DNA of 64,000 nucleotides from positions 1 through 64,000 of the IMG/VR virus record IMGVR_UViG_3300029288_000001. The stretch is one strand, 5' to 3'. The position numbers were made by a program, and so were the translations under genes. The notes beneath the pieces were generated by a model. That model was not told the DNA's origin. It did not search any database and worked only from the letters and a program-made list of their open reading frames with translations. The stretch comes from a virus. Taxonomy: Duplodnaviria; Caudoviricetes. How positions within the stretch are numbered: position 1 is the first letter of the stretch; every line of letters starts with the position of its first letter. This document shows, one piece after another, positions 41,837-51,488 of the stretch.

Positions 41837-42100
41837 TCATAATATTATATCACCATTTTTACTATTATATACCACATAAACTTCTTTTTCTATAATTCTA
41901 TCGAACGGAAGCTTATTGTATCTACCATTCCATTTCTTACTGCAACAATAATTAACCGCCTCTCCGTAGGTATAGAACACGAGAAAACGCCTTTTATGAA
42001 TGATAAGATACCATTTATCGAGATTTAATAACATTCCTATGGTATTTTCTATCGAGAATTGGGTCTCCCACTCGTTTACCTCTTCTCTAATTCTTATCGT
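41837..42100 (-). CDS. Hypothetical protein, probable ACG start (MIRIREEVNEW)
   Basis: AGGAG upstream; the extension closes the gap to 42115. Confidence 0.45.
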   Translation of the reverse strand, partial: TIRIREEVNEWETQFSIENTIGMLLNLDKWYLIIHKRRFLVFYTYGEAVNYCCSKKWNGRYNKLPFDRIIEKEVYVVYNSKNGDIIL

Positions 42101-42968
42101 ATGCGATCGCGCTCCTATTCAATAATTGGTTTAACCCAATCGGGTATAGGTTTATCGTTTAATAGAAACTCTACGGTTTCGTCCATTAAAACGCGAAGAT
42201 CGTAACTATAGAATTGGTGTTTAATTACTACGGGTATGTTACTCGTATATCTTGCTATTAATTCTTGGATCGTTCTCGGGTCGGGATTCATGGATTTCCA
42301 CACCAGCGTTGCCGGCATCTCGCATTTACTCACGCCGTGCTTCTTAACGGTTAAATAATCGTCCTTACTCGGTTCTTGTAACAACTCCCAACCCACCCAC
42401 CACGCTTGTTTTTCTATTTTCATGAAACAACCTCTATTATTTGTTTAATCTACAATTGTCTTCGTCGCACCCACAACCGCATAACCAGAGGTGGTGGTCT
42501 TCGAACTTGAATTTATCGTCTTGGTCGGCATAGAACTCTCTAATTACTAAATCGAGTATTTCCGTGCAAGATCCATTTCCTACGGGGCAGATCGTTAGAT
42601 CGGAGAGTAATTTTCCCAGTTTCTTCCCTTTCGGATAGTCCATGATCTTTTTTTCTATGTTACTCAAGAAACTCGCGTTTTTCTTCATACTTTTTTCCAC
42701 CCATTCTTTAAATATTCTTGTATGTGATCTTTAAACTCGTCTGTATCGTAGTAATCTTGGGCAATTCTATTATGACAAAAAGTGTCGTCGGGATTAAGTA
42801 AGATCATCACGGAACTATCGTAGTCTACATCCATGCGTTCTATTACTCCATCGGGAAGGTTAGATCCGAACGGGGGCACGAATGCCATGTCAACCTCGCG
42901 CCATATTCCTACATTATGTTTGTTGGGAGCGTTTAATCCAGAATACACCCATCTTTCTAATCGTATTT

Positions 42969-43337
42969 TCATTCTACATCGTCCTCGCGTTTTACGATCT
43001 CTATAGCGGTAATTTCGTGGAAGGGGAATATATATTCTACGAACGGTGCGTCTCTTTTATGATATTGTTTATGGCGGATCTTTAACGCCGCTTGTCCCGA
43101 TCCAAAGTATTTATCGATGTAATAAAGACAAGTCTTATGTCCATAATTATCGATACAAACAGCGTGGTTGTCTTGAAAAAAGAAAGGTTCCTTTGGTTTA
43201 ATCCACCCCGTGCCTCTTCCCGACCACGACTCGGTTTCTTCCTGCCCTGAGAGGAGCGCAGTTGGCATTTTATTTTCATTAAACGAGATATTGATAAAGC
43301 TCGCTTCTTTCCATTCTTCGTCCATTATTTTATCCAC
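42969..43337 (-). CDS. Hypothetical protein (paralogue of 38574..38858)
   Basis: Shared YxGxGQA motif. Confidence 0.6.
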   Translation of the reverse strand: MDKIMDEEWKEASFINISFNENKMPTALLSGQEETESWSGRGTGWIKPKEPFFFQDNHAVCIDNYGHKTCLYYIDKYFGSGQAALKIRHKQYHKRDAPFVEYIFPFHEITAIEIVKREDDVE

Positions 43338-43909
43338 TTCTCTAAATTGTTTTTTCTTGTATTTCTACACAGTAAACACACTAAATAAATTACATTCTCT
43401 GGTCTTACTTCCATGTCTTTAATACCGTTCTTTCTCATCGTAGAAAACACATTAATACACGCGTTCTCCATAGAACCTACTATTTGTTGGTGTTTAAGTT
43501 TAAGTCCCGAGCCGCAGCCTAGCACATAATCGGTCGAGGGAATCGTCGCGTTCTCGATCATAGTAGTAATCTTTTTCTTGACTGCCGCCTGCCAGTGTCT
43601 CGAATTCCCGAGCTGCTTATCGCTCCAGTCTGGGTGTTGGTCGCGTCGGAGTTCTTTATAAGTCTTGAAGTCGAACCGCGCGTAGATGAGGTAATACTCG
43701 TCGAACTTACCGCGTTGTTTTATCTCCTCGAAGGGGCGAATACCTAGCGTGCGGCACTTAAACCGATTGGGGCAACCGTCGGGATACCCTGGATATGGTC
43801 TCGCGCAGAGTTCTTTTATGTAATCGTAGTTTACGATGGAGTATTCTCGTATTTGTTTTACGCCGATGGATACTAGATCGTGGAAGTTGATTTTAGAGGC
43901 TGCCATCAT
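43325..43909 (-). CDS. DUF2284-like metal-binding protein
   Basis: LCARPYPGYPDGCPN...C, LGCGSG, SMENACINVFST. Confidence 0.6.
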   Translation of the reverse strand: MMAASKINFHDLVSIGVKQIREYSIVNYDYIKELCARPYPGYPDGCPNRFKCRTLGIRPFEEIKQRGKFDEYYLIYARFDFKTYKELRRDQHPDWSDKQLGNSRHWQAAVKKKITTMIENATIPSTDYVLGCGSGLKLKHQQIVGSMENACINVFSTMRKNGIKDMEVRPENVIYLVCLLCRNTRKNNLEKWIK

Positions 43910-44395
43910 TTCTCTTCTTTCTCCCTTTTTTCCACAATATAAAGAATACTATACTACCGTAAATAGCTCCTACGGAATATAGGACAAATTCGTTCGATCC
44001 AAAGAAGATAAGGTATATCATTCCAACTACGATGAAACCGAGCCAGATGATAAATCCTTCTATAAGTTCTTTCTTAAGGGTCGCCATCGCTGCTCTCTTC
44101 CTCCAACAATGGGCATTGACAATTTAACTCGTTTATTTTTCTCAACAATTCGTGGTACTCAGGAGGTTGTTTAAATACTGGTTGGTCTTTTGTTGTGATC
44201 TCGTTTAAATCCTTAATTAATTCGTTGAACTTTTTCTCGTGCATTGGCGAGTGAGGACAGTTGCAATGGGCTCCATACCCATCGTCTCCTCCATCAAAGA
44301 ATGGACACGCACACTCTACATGAAAGACGCCTCGACGATATATATCTTCTCCCGCGCTATAACTGATATCCATTCCCTGCATCCACGAAGGGAGT

Positions 44396-45181
44396 TTATT
44401 TAGCTTGAATTTCTTCTCGGTCACTTCCTTTTTCTACCTCGTTACCATTCATTCTACTCGTTATATAATTCCGATCGGTCGAAAAGATCGGTATTTCGTT
44501 GTCCACGACCCATTCTCCTCGTTCTACCAATCCCGTAAAGTATGGAGGTTTATCTACGTAGACGGAATTCTTGACCTTGATCACGCATCTCCCTCGCTTT
44601 AGCTTAGTCGGTAGCTTGTCCCAATTGTCTCCTTTTTCGTAGATCATGTCGTGCATTTTATGTCCATCGCACCCTTGGAGCTTCTTTTGGGAGTAATACT
44701 TCCGTGCGAGCATCTGTAAGGAATTCCGTTCCCAATCGCGCTGTCGAAAGATAAAGTAATTTACTACATCGAACTCGGGCACGGAAAACGCTCTACTATC
44801 GAAGCTAACGATCGTGTCTTTCTTTAGATCGTGTTGATGTTTCCAGAGCATGCAATACGCCGTCGCTAAGGACGCAGAGATCGTGGTTATCTTAACAACT
44901 TTATTGTCGAACCACGGATCGCTCTCGTAGCCGTTGTGGAGGAGGATGTTGATCTCGTCTGATTGTAGATACGCGAACCGTGCGCCAGAGATCACCTTGC
45001 ACAGCTCCACCGCTACGAACTCCATCATTTCTACGAATTTATTATCGAATGGCTTCTCTAACCCTCGCGTGAAGGTGTGGAACGCCCGTCCGTCAATTCT
45101 AACGATCACGGGTATGTTATACGGTAAGGTATACGAAAAACACTTCTCGTAGTCCTTCATTCTATCGTCTAGATCTTTCAT
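44396..45181 (-). CDS. thg1: tRNA(His) guanylyltransferase Thg1-like protein
   Basis: RMKDYE, VRIDGRAFHTFT, YLQSDEI, FDSRAF, YFIFRQRDWERNS, KRGR. Confidence 0.95.
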   Translation of the reverse strand: MKDLDDRMKDYEKCFSYTLPYNIPVIVRIDGRAFHTFTRGLEKPFDNKFVEMMEFVAVELCKVISGARFAYLQSDEINILLHNGYESDPWFDNKVVKITTISASLATAYCMLWKHQHDLKKDTIVSFDSRAFSVPEFDVVNYFIFRQRDWERNSLQMLARKYYSQKKLQGCDGHKMHDMIYEKGDNWDKLPTKLKRGRCVIKVKNSVYVDKPPYFTGLVERGEWVVDNEIPIFSTDRNYITSRMNGNEVEKGSDREEIQAK

Positions 45182-45968
45182 TTCTTTTCCCTTCTAAAAT
45201 ATAATACAATCGCGTATGCTACGCTAAAAATTGCCCCCCATACCATAACTATGCCAATGGGCACATCTTCTATATTCTTTATGTTTACCACCATTACTAT
45301 AAATGCCACCATAAAGTAACACATTACATACGCAAAGAACAATCCAACGGAGTATAGAGCTATAATAGCTAAAGATTTCATGATTCTTTTACCTTCTTTT
45401 TTTAAAAGAGTCTATAAGGAATTGTAAGAGCTTGGGATTAAGCTCTCCTTTCTTAACGCCTATTTTTAACAAGATACAATGATACACTTCGCCCATATGG
45501 TTGATTCCTTCTAAGAAGTCCTTGACCTGCCACCCTCTTCCTTCGTTCCACGCCTTAATACCTTCTAGGTCGGTTCCTTTCTTTAGTTCTCGTATGATTC
45601 CTTTTATCGCGTGGAGCCTATCTAAGTGGAATTGTCTGCGTTTTTTCCTATGTTTAGCGGTCTGTAGGTCGAGATGCCCTAGTGTGTAGAACTTTTCGTA
45701 GTTCTCCGTGGTATACGGCAAGGTAGGTTCGCCGTCGTAGTTTTTTATATGTCCACAGTTAACGCAAGTTAATTTATCAGACTTATTGGGATACGATTTT
45801 CTCCATTTTATCGTTTTATTAAGCGTATCTAATACGATCTTCTCGTTCTTGAAGATACTACGCTTTCGTTGGAATATATCTCTTATTAAGTAATATTCCT
45901 CGCATATTGGGCATACTACCATAGAGATTTCTTTAAAGTATTGTTGGTCTTTCATTAAAGAACCCTCT

Positions 45969-46184
45969 TTATTTAAATTCTTCTTGCACTTCTATTACGA
46001 ATGTATACACTCCTCTAGATAAACTCATGGTAGATATGTGCGTGGTAAGCTCCTCGAGCGTTTTAAAACTCATGTCAAAATGCACGGGTATGTCCATATA
46101 TTTGGAATCGTTCTTGTCATACGCCTGTTTTAACGGACTATTCAAGTTCGCGTTGTAAAATCCATATAATTTGTAATATGTCGT
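45969..46184 (-). CDS. Hypothetical protein (71 aa), ACG start, not in the ORF track
   Basis: GGAGAGGA-TTAATA-ACG ACA TAT TAC (MTYYKLYGFY), 2 nt after the upstream stop; fills the gap. Confidence 0.6.
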   Translation of the reverse strand, partial: TTYYKLYGFYNANLNSPLKQAYDKNDSKYMDIPVHFDMSFKTLEELTTHISTMSLSRGVYTFVIEVQEEFK

Positions 46185-46186
46185 TA

Positions 46187-46453
46187 TTAATCCTCTCCTT
46201 TCGCGATCGCTTCTTTATTGGCGATATATCTCGGGTAATCGGGTAGTTCGCTAACGATCTTTAACTTAGTTCTCCCATCGTGACCGTGTAGGATTCTTAC
46301 CGTTTCTAGACAATCTGCGATCGTGGTAGTGGCAATATCAGATAACCATCTATACGCCACTGTGCCATCGGAAAACACTATACCTTCCGCTATGATACCA
46401 GTGCCGCTAATTCCGCTTACATCTTCAAACCGTTCTAATATGAAATACTTCGT
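46187..46453 (-). CDS. Conserved phage-type protein (EDVSGxSGTG family), ACG start
   Basis: (M)KYFILERFEDVSGISGTGIIAEGIVFSDGTVAYRW...HGHDGRT. The conserved N-terminal half lies upstream of the first GTG; GAGGT SD. Confidence 0.8.
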   Translation of the reverse strand, partial: TKYFILERFEDVSGISGTGIIAEGIVFSDGTVAYRWLSDIATTTIADCLETVRILHGHDGRTKLKIVSELPDYPRYIANKEAIAKGED

Positions 46454-46799
46454 GATCTTATCTACCTCTTTCGTTTTTATACCTTTAAAAAAAATAATTA
46501 GATTAACTTACTAAGCCCATCTTTTAACGGCACGGAAATGTCGTCTGTTATAGGGGCTATTACTAATGGTTTATTGAAATAAATGTCGTCGTGGCATAAC
46601 CCACACGAATTATTGCGAGGAACGGCAAACCGATACGCGGACGAAAACACATAAGCTTTGTCTCCTTTTTCGTTCTCGAGACGCATTCCCACGAACATTA
46701 AGTCTCCCCCGTCGCATTTTGGACACCGCACGCGTGCAGAGGCGCGGTAATGCACGGGCTCGCTCTTGGTGTAAGTAATCCCGTTGATCGCGATGTCGG

Positions 46800-47186
46800 T
46801 CATACCACATTCTCTCCCTTATAAAGCTTTAATTTATTTAACCCAAGCTCTTTCGCTTGGTCGTCGTCGCACAAGATTCCGCACATAAGAATCTCCCCTT
46901 CCTCCACCTCGTAGAAGCCCGCGTCAGGTACGAACGCAGTACATAACTTCATATTCAACGCATGTTTGTTATACTCGTCTAATGTCGCAAGGTGGGGCAC
47001 GGATAAAATTATCTTCGTTTGAAAGTGATCTAATATCCAGCTATTGATCTTGCAACCCGATGAAGAGCCAAGGTATTTATACACTAACTCTGAGCCCACA
47101 TGGCTCGAATGGACGAGTAATTTCCCAACGGAGTAGCTCTTGTCCGTCCTTACCAATATATACAATTTTATTGCCATTAGAACCAC
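46800..47186 (-). CDS. pth2: Peptidyl-tRNA hydrolase, Pth2 type (archaeal/eukaryotic class), divergent
   Basis: KLYILVRTD..YSVGKLLVHSSH, W...QTKIILSV, V.DAGFYEVEEG, L.KLKLY. Confidence 0.8.
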   Translation of the reverse strand: MVLMAIKLYILVRTDKSYSVGKLLVHSSHVGSELVYKYLGSSSGCKINSWILDHFQTKIILSVPHLATLDEYNKHALNMKLCTAFVPDAGFYEVEEGEILMCGILCDDDQAKELGLNKLKLYKGENVV

Positions 47187-47474
47187 CCTATAAATGTGTT
47201 ATCCCATTCGTCTTCTAAGACTGGATAGTTAAGAGAAATGTAATTTTCAAGTTCCATTAATAGATCGTTTAATTTTTCTTTAAACCACCATATATCAGAG
47301 ATTTCCACTTCTTTCTTGAAATCATCGAACTCTATCTTCAATTTCGGCATATTAATCATCGCATTTCTCCTTTTCTAAGACATCGTGGACATAAATATTG
47401 ATCGTTATCAGACGGCTCGAACCGCGTGAAGCACCGAGTGCATCTTCGCGTCCATCGCCTTCCTTTTTTATTTT

Positions 47475-47654
47475 TTATAACCATTTATCCAATCCGACTC
47501 CTTCTTTCTTTTCTTTATCCTTTAACGGGCAATAATATTTTCTATTACACAGCTTCTTCATATCAACGATCAATGGATACGAGCAGTAGGCGTAGTTTCT
47601 TAATCCTCCGCACGATTCTATCGTTTCTATGTGCCGATACGGACAGTCGGGCGT
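47475..47654 (-). CDS. Small Cys-rich protein (59 aa), ACG start in a TAACG overlap, not in the ORF track
   Basis: MPDCPYRH...C...CSYP...C...CPL...GLDKWL; GGAGAAGGA upstream. Confidence 0.65.
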   Translation of the reverse strand, partial: TPDCPYRHIETIESCGGLRNYAYCSYPLIVDMKKLCNRKYYCPLKDKEKKEGVGLDKWL

Positions 47655-47934
47655 TATTTGTCCTTCTCCATGATAAACTGCTTTATGAACTTATACAACT
47701 CGACTTTTTGTTCGTAGGTCAGGTTGATCGCGCTGTGGTGACGCCAATGCTTCCATTTGGGAAACACTTCTACGATCAGGTCGCTGGTCTGTTTATCGTT
47801 GTCGGCTTTACCCCACTCGTAGTCCGAGAACTTCATTAAACCGCAGGTGTGGACACAATCGCACGAAAACACGATCGCCTTGTCAAATTCGTAGGGCGAT
47901 CCATACCGCGTAACTTCCTTTTTTTTAAACACCA

Positions 47935-48690
47935 TTATTTTATCTCCTCATCCGGTTCTTTTTCTTCTTTTTCTTCCAATTCGATCTCCTCTAACAAAGG
48001 AGGTCCGTTAAAACTATAATTGATCGTCTGGATAAACTTCTTGACGGATTCGTCTCCAAACTTCTCGATGTCTTTAAGCTCCTTCTCGGGAGCGTTTACC
48101 ATCTTCTTAAGCGTGTCGAACTTCTTTAACGCGTTCCTCGCTCCCGTTTCGATGATACGTAGACCAGACGCGAGCACCATGTTGACCGCGCGGTCTTCCG
48201 TCTTGACTTTAAGCGTGACGGGCTTAATGATTTTATCGTCGTAGCTCTTTTCAATAATTCTACTCGCTAAGTATACGGCGGCTTTCTTAGCTGGCATGGG
48301 AATACACGGTATTCTATACCGCCCGTTAATAGAACCTATTGCCCCCATGATCGCGTTTATGTTAATGTGCTCTTCTGCGGCAAGACTATCCCAACTGCCA
48401 TAGACGATGTAAAAGAACTTAATAGTTGGATTAAGGTGCATGTTATAAAGCTGGTTACGGAAGCGTTCTCCTCTATCTACCGTTAACGCGCTCCATAAAT
48501 CCTTGAAACTCTTTAACTCGATCACGACATCCTTGTATTGGATATCTCCTATTTCCAGTTTTTTCTTTTTCGCTAACGGAAAATACTGTAACACTAGATC
48601 GAGCGTGGGTTGATAGTCCTTCGTGCGAGCCTCGGGCTCGGAGGTGTCCACCCATACTTCGAATTCCTTTGGATCTACTTTTTTTACCGT
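47935..48690 (-). CDS. ERCC4/XPF-family nuclease with HhH; probable ACG start (MVKKVDPKEFEVWVDTSE)
   Basis: VDTSE, LEIGDI, VVIELKSFKDL..R..NQ, C-terminal HhH (ELKDIEKFG). The first beta-strand lies upstream of the GTG. Confidence 0.8.
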   Translation of the reverse strand, partial: TVKKVDPKEFEVWVDTSEPEARTKDYQPTLDLVLQYFPLAKKKKLEIGDIQYKDVVIELKSFKDLWSALTVDRGERFRNQLYNMHLNPTIKFFYIVYGSWDSLAAEEHININAIMGAIGSINGRYRIPCIPMPAKKAAVYLASRIIEKSYDDKIIKPVTLKVKTEDRAVNMVLASGLRIIETGARNALKKFDTLKKMVNAPEKELKDIEKFGDESVKKFIQTINYSFNGPPLLEEIELEEKEEKEPDEEIK

Positions 48691-48769
48691 TTTCCACGCA
48701 CCGTTTTAATTTGTTATTATAAAATACTAAAAAAAATTATTTAATTAATCTCTTTTAAAAGGTATTGAT

Positions 48770-49156
48770 TTATTCCTCCTCTTCTTCGCCTTCTCCTTCC
48801 TCTTCTTCCTCGTCCACTTCGTCTTCTCCTTCCTCTTCTTCTTCCGTTGCTGCGGGAGTTGTCGGAGTAGTCGCGTTCTGGACGGTCTCGGGGATAGTAA
48901 GCTGTTTCTTGCCTGGTAGTTCGAGCATCATGACCATGTCTTCGTCCTCGTAGAACATCTCGTCCGACCAGTCGCGTAGCTTGTGTAAGGACTTCTCTTC
49001 CTCGTAGGTAATCGAGATACCGTGCTTTCCTTTGAATAGGACTTTTCTAACCTCGACCACGCGAATTTCCTTGGTCTTTTTGTCCTTCATCTTCTTTTTC
49101 TTGTCCTGAATCCCTGCGAGTTTTAAGGTGAAGGTAAACTGTTTTTTTCCTGCCAT
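48770..49156 (-). CDS. Protein with a basic N-terminus and poly-Glu tail
   Basis: C-terminal EEEEEGEDEVDEEEEEGEGEEEEE. Confidence 0.65.
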   Translation of the reverse strand: MAGKKQFTFTLKLAGIQDKKKKMKDKKTKEIRVVEVRKVLFKGKHGISITYEEEKSLHKLRDWSDEMFYEDEDMVMMLELPGKKQLTIPETVQNATTPTTPAATEEEEEGEDEVDEEEEEGEGEEEEE

Positions 49157-49168
49157 ATTTTTTCCTTT

Positions 49169-49303
49169 TTATTTTTTTAAATATTCCTCGATCACTTTTC
49201 GAACGAGATAGGTGTTATTAACCAGTTCTTTGTCGGCATCTGGGTGGTTTTCTACCCATTTCTTAGTTAATTCGTCTAGTAACGAATGTTTTAATCGTAT
49301 CAT
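49169..49303 (-). CDS. Small RHH-like protein, not in the ORF track (possible ATT start at 49318)
   Basis: SEYTMIRLKHSLLDEL...NTYLVRKVIEEYLKK; TATA-like TTTATATA upstream. Confidence 0.55.
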   Translation of the reverse strand: MIRLKHSLLDELTKKWVENHPDADKELVNNTYLVRKVIEEYLKK

Positions 49304-50203
49304 CGTGTATTCTGAAATAATGAATCTTCTCGTTTTAAGTGATGTTATTATAATATAATATGATATACTATTATATAAACTTGCTATTAAATGAATATTA
49401 ATACATTATTAGTTCGTTGTTAACAACGATTTTTAACCTTCTCTACCATATACGATCTATGGAACCTATCATTTCGATCCATATAGGCAATTACATAAAA
49501 GACATTTTCGCCGCCGAGTTTAACAAAGAATATTGTTCGTATAACTCTTCCAACGAAGCCCAGTGCGTCAATTACCTAGACTTCGTGCGGAGAACTCGTG
49601 GGCATAACCGTTGCTACCTCTGTTATTTATGTAAGTATTTTAATATCGAGAAGTTACGGTTTAATGTGCCAAAAGAGTTAATTCGTCAGACGGAGCTAGA
49701 ACTTAATCAATCGCCGTAGAAGGATGTTTTGGACATGTGCACTGTTCTGTTGGAACTAGAGTTCTCCCTGTATAGCCAAATGGTATTTTCTCGATTGTGC
49801 ATCGTTCCACTTGATCGGCGAGCGTTCTAAAATCTTGGAACGGTTGGTCTGCAAGCGTGCGATCGGGATTATCTTCAACGAGTGCATCTACGGCTTTATC
49901 CCGCATTTTACACATAGACTCACATACGCTCTTGCAATGAGCCGCGGCTGGATAACACATATTACTGGTAGCATTATCCCTTTTTGGTATTCCTGAGATA
50001 ATATATCCTTCCGTTCTCCACGCCGTGGTGTTTGGACTCTTTCCTGCCATGCTTTCCAGCTCTTAACTCGTTTTAAGACTTTTATAATAAGTTATACTAT
50101 TATTATTGTTTTCTACTTATTTAAACTTTAATAAGAGTCGTTAAATTTTAACACTCTCTCTATTTTAAATCTAATTTTATCTTATAGTTATTTGTGATTT
50201 TTT

Positions 50204-50500
50204 ACGATCAAAGTTGAAGATGTAATTCTATATTTCGAAAAAAATGTGCTCGTTAAAAACGATCTTTTAAGAGAAAATAAAGACCTCGTTATCCACGCGA
50301 TTCGCGACGTCCACGAATATATCGTGCGGAACTTTGGTATGATGCCTCCTATACGGAGTATAATCGCTCTAGCGCTGTATAAATCCACGACCTTCGCTAA
50401 ATACGAGATCGCAGGTATGGTCGGAATCACCCTTACTACCTTTAATAAATACATACGAAAGCTCCCTATTTCTTTTTCCGACTCCTTGGAGACCGTTTAG
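50204..50500 (+). CDS. TFB/TFIIB C-terminal cyclin-repeat-like HTH protein; probable ACG start (MIKVEDVILY)
   Basis: P.IRSIIALALY....KYEIAGMVGITLTTFNKYIRKL resembles the TFB cyclin/HTH region. In-frame TGA TTT TTT ACG. Confidence 0.5.
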   Translation, partial: TIKVEDVILYFEKNVLVKNDLLRENKDLVIHAIRDVHEYIVRNFGMMPPIRSIIALALYKSTTFAKYEIAGMVGITLTTFNKYIRKLPISFSDSLETV

Positions 50501-50984
50501 ACGCTTTCTTGGGCTTCTCCTCTACTTTATCCACCGTAGGACGAGGACGGGCTACTTCCATAAAGTCCTCGGGACAAGTCTTCTCTATCGGAGGAATGGC
50601 TGCCGTTGGAGGCTCAGTCGTAATGTTGTTGTTCTCTAAAGGATTGCCAAAAGCGTCAACAGCAGGATTTATACCCGTTCTTATATATGTGATTGTGGGA
50701 AGTCCTGGAAGTCCTGTTCTTATTGTAGGCTCTGTCGCTACCACTGATGTTGGTGGCTCTCGCACTACTCTATAAACTGGTTCTGGCGGAGGTAGTATAA
50801 CGGGCTCTGGTTCGGGTTCTGGAGGAGGTGGCGGAGGCGGTGGTGGAGGTCGTATCGCTACTGGGTCGGGTAATGCTTCCATTAAAATATGATAGATGAC
50901 TTTAGCCGTGCCGTTAAGGGGAAGCTCGTGATATACTGCGATCTCGCGGTTGTTTAACACGCGAAACTCTCCTCGGCAGTGCAT
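50466..50984 (-). CDS. Proline-rich protein with EKTCPEDFMEV motif
   Basis: Poly-Pro tract and basic tail. Confidence 0.6.
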   Translation of the reverse strand: MHCRGEFRVLNNREIAVYHELPLNGTAKVIYHILMEALPDPVAIRPPPPPPPPPPEPEPEPVILPPPEPVYRVVREPPTSVVATEPTIRTGLPGLPTITYIRTGINPAVDAFGNPLENNNITTEPPTAAIPPIEKTCPEDFMEVARPRPTVDKVEEKPKKASKRSPRSRKKK

Positions 50985-51197
50985 CGATAGTTCCTTGTAA
51001 GGAGACCGTCTCTGTCGCAGCGGATTAACCTCTCTCCGTAGTATTTGTTCGTGCCTTGATAGCGAAGGCGTTGTCGTATTTCGATCAGTTCGATTGGGGC
51101 TCGGTCGTCCACATCGATCGCGTAGAACTCGTCTGGAATAACCAGCACATCTTCGCGCCTCGCCCCCGACACTAGGAAATCGATCTCGCTTGCGGTT

Positions 51198-51488
51198 TTA
51201 AGTACCATCTCTCTTTACCTCTATGAAGTCTTCGGGACAGGTTTTCTCCCGCTCTGGTTCTTTTTTCGTCTCTTCGACCGTCTCGTCTAGATCGAGCGAG
51301 GTTCTAAGTTTTTCGATAAACTCTTCCGCGAGACGCTTTCCAAAACCCTTCTTATCGTAGAACTCGAGTTCCTTCTCTATTTTATATCGTCTTGGAAAAT
51401 AGGCTTTCTTAAACTCGTCGAGACTGTGGAACTCGCGCACATCGTCGTTAATATCCATATAATTTCCCATATTTCTCTTCCATGACAT
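51198..51488 (-). CDS. Hypothetical protein with EKTCPEDFIEV motif
   Basis: ORF track. Confidence 0.6.
   Translation of the reverse strand: MSWKRNMGNYMDINDDVREFHSLDEFKKAYFPRRYKIEKELEFYDKKGFGKRLAEEFIEKLRTSLDLDETVEETKKEPEREKTCPEDFIEVKRDGT

Noticed and set aside
50466-51208. Programmed frameshift joining 50954..51208 and 50466..50984
   Set aside because: They overlap by 31 nt, but no slippery sequence was seen and a separate ATG exists. Unresolved without homologues.
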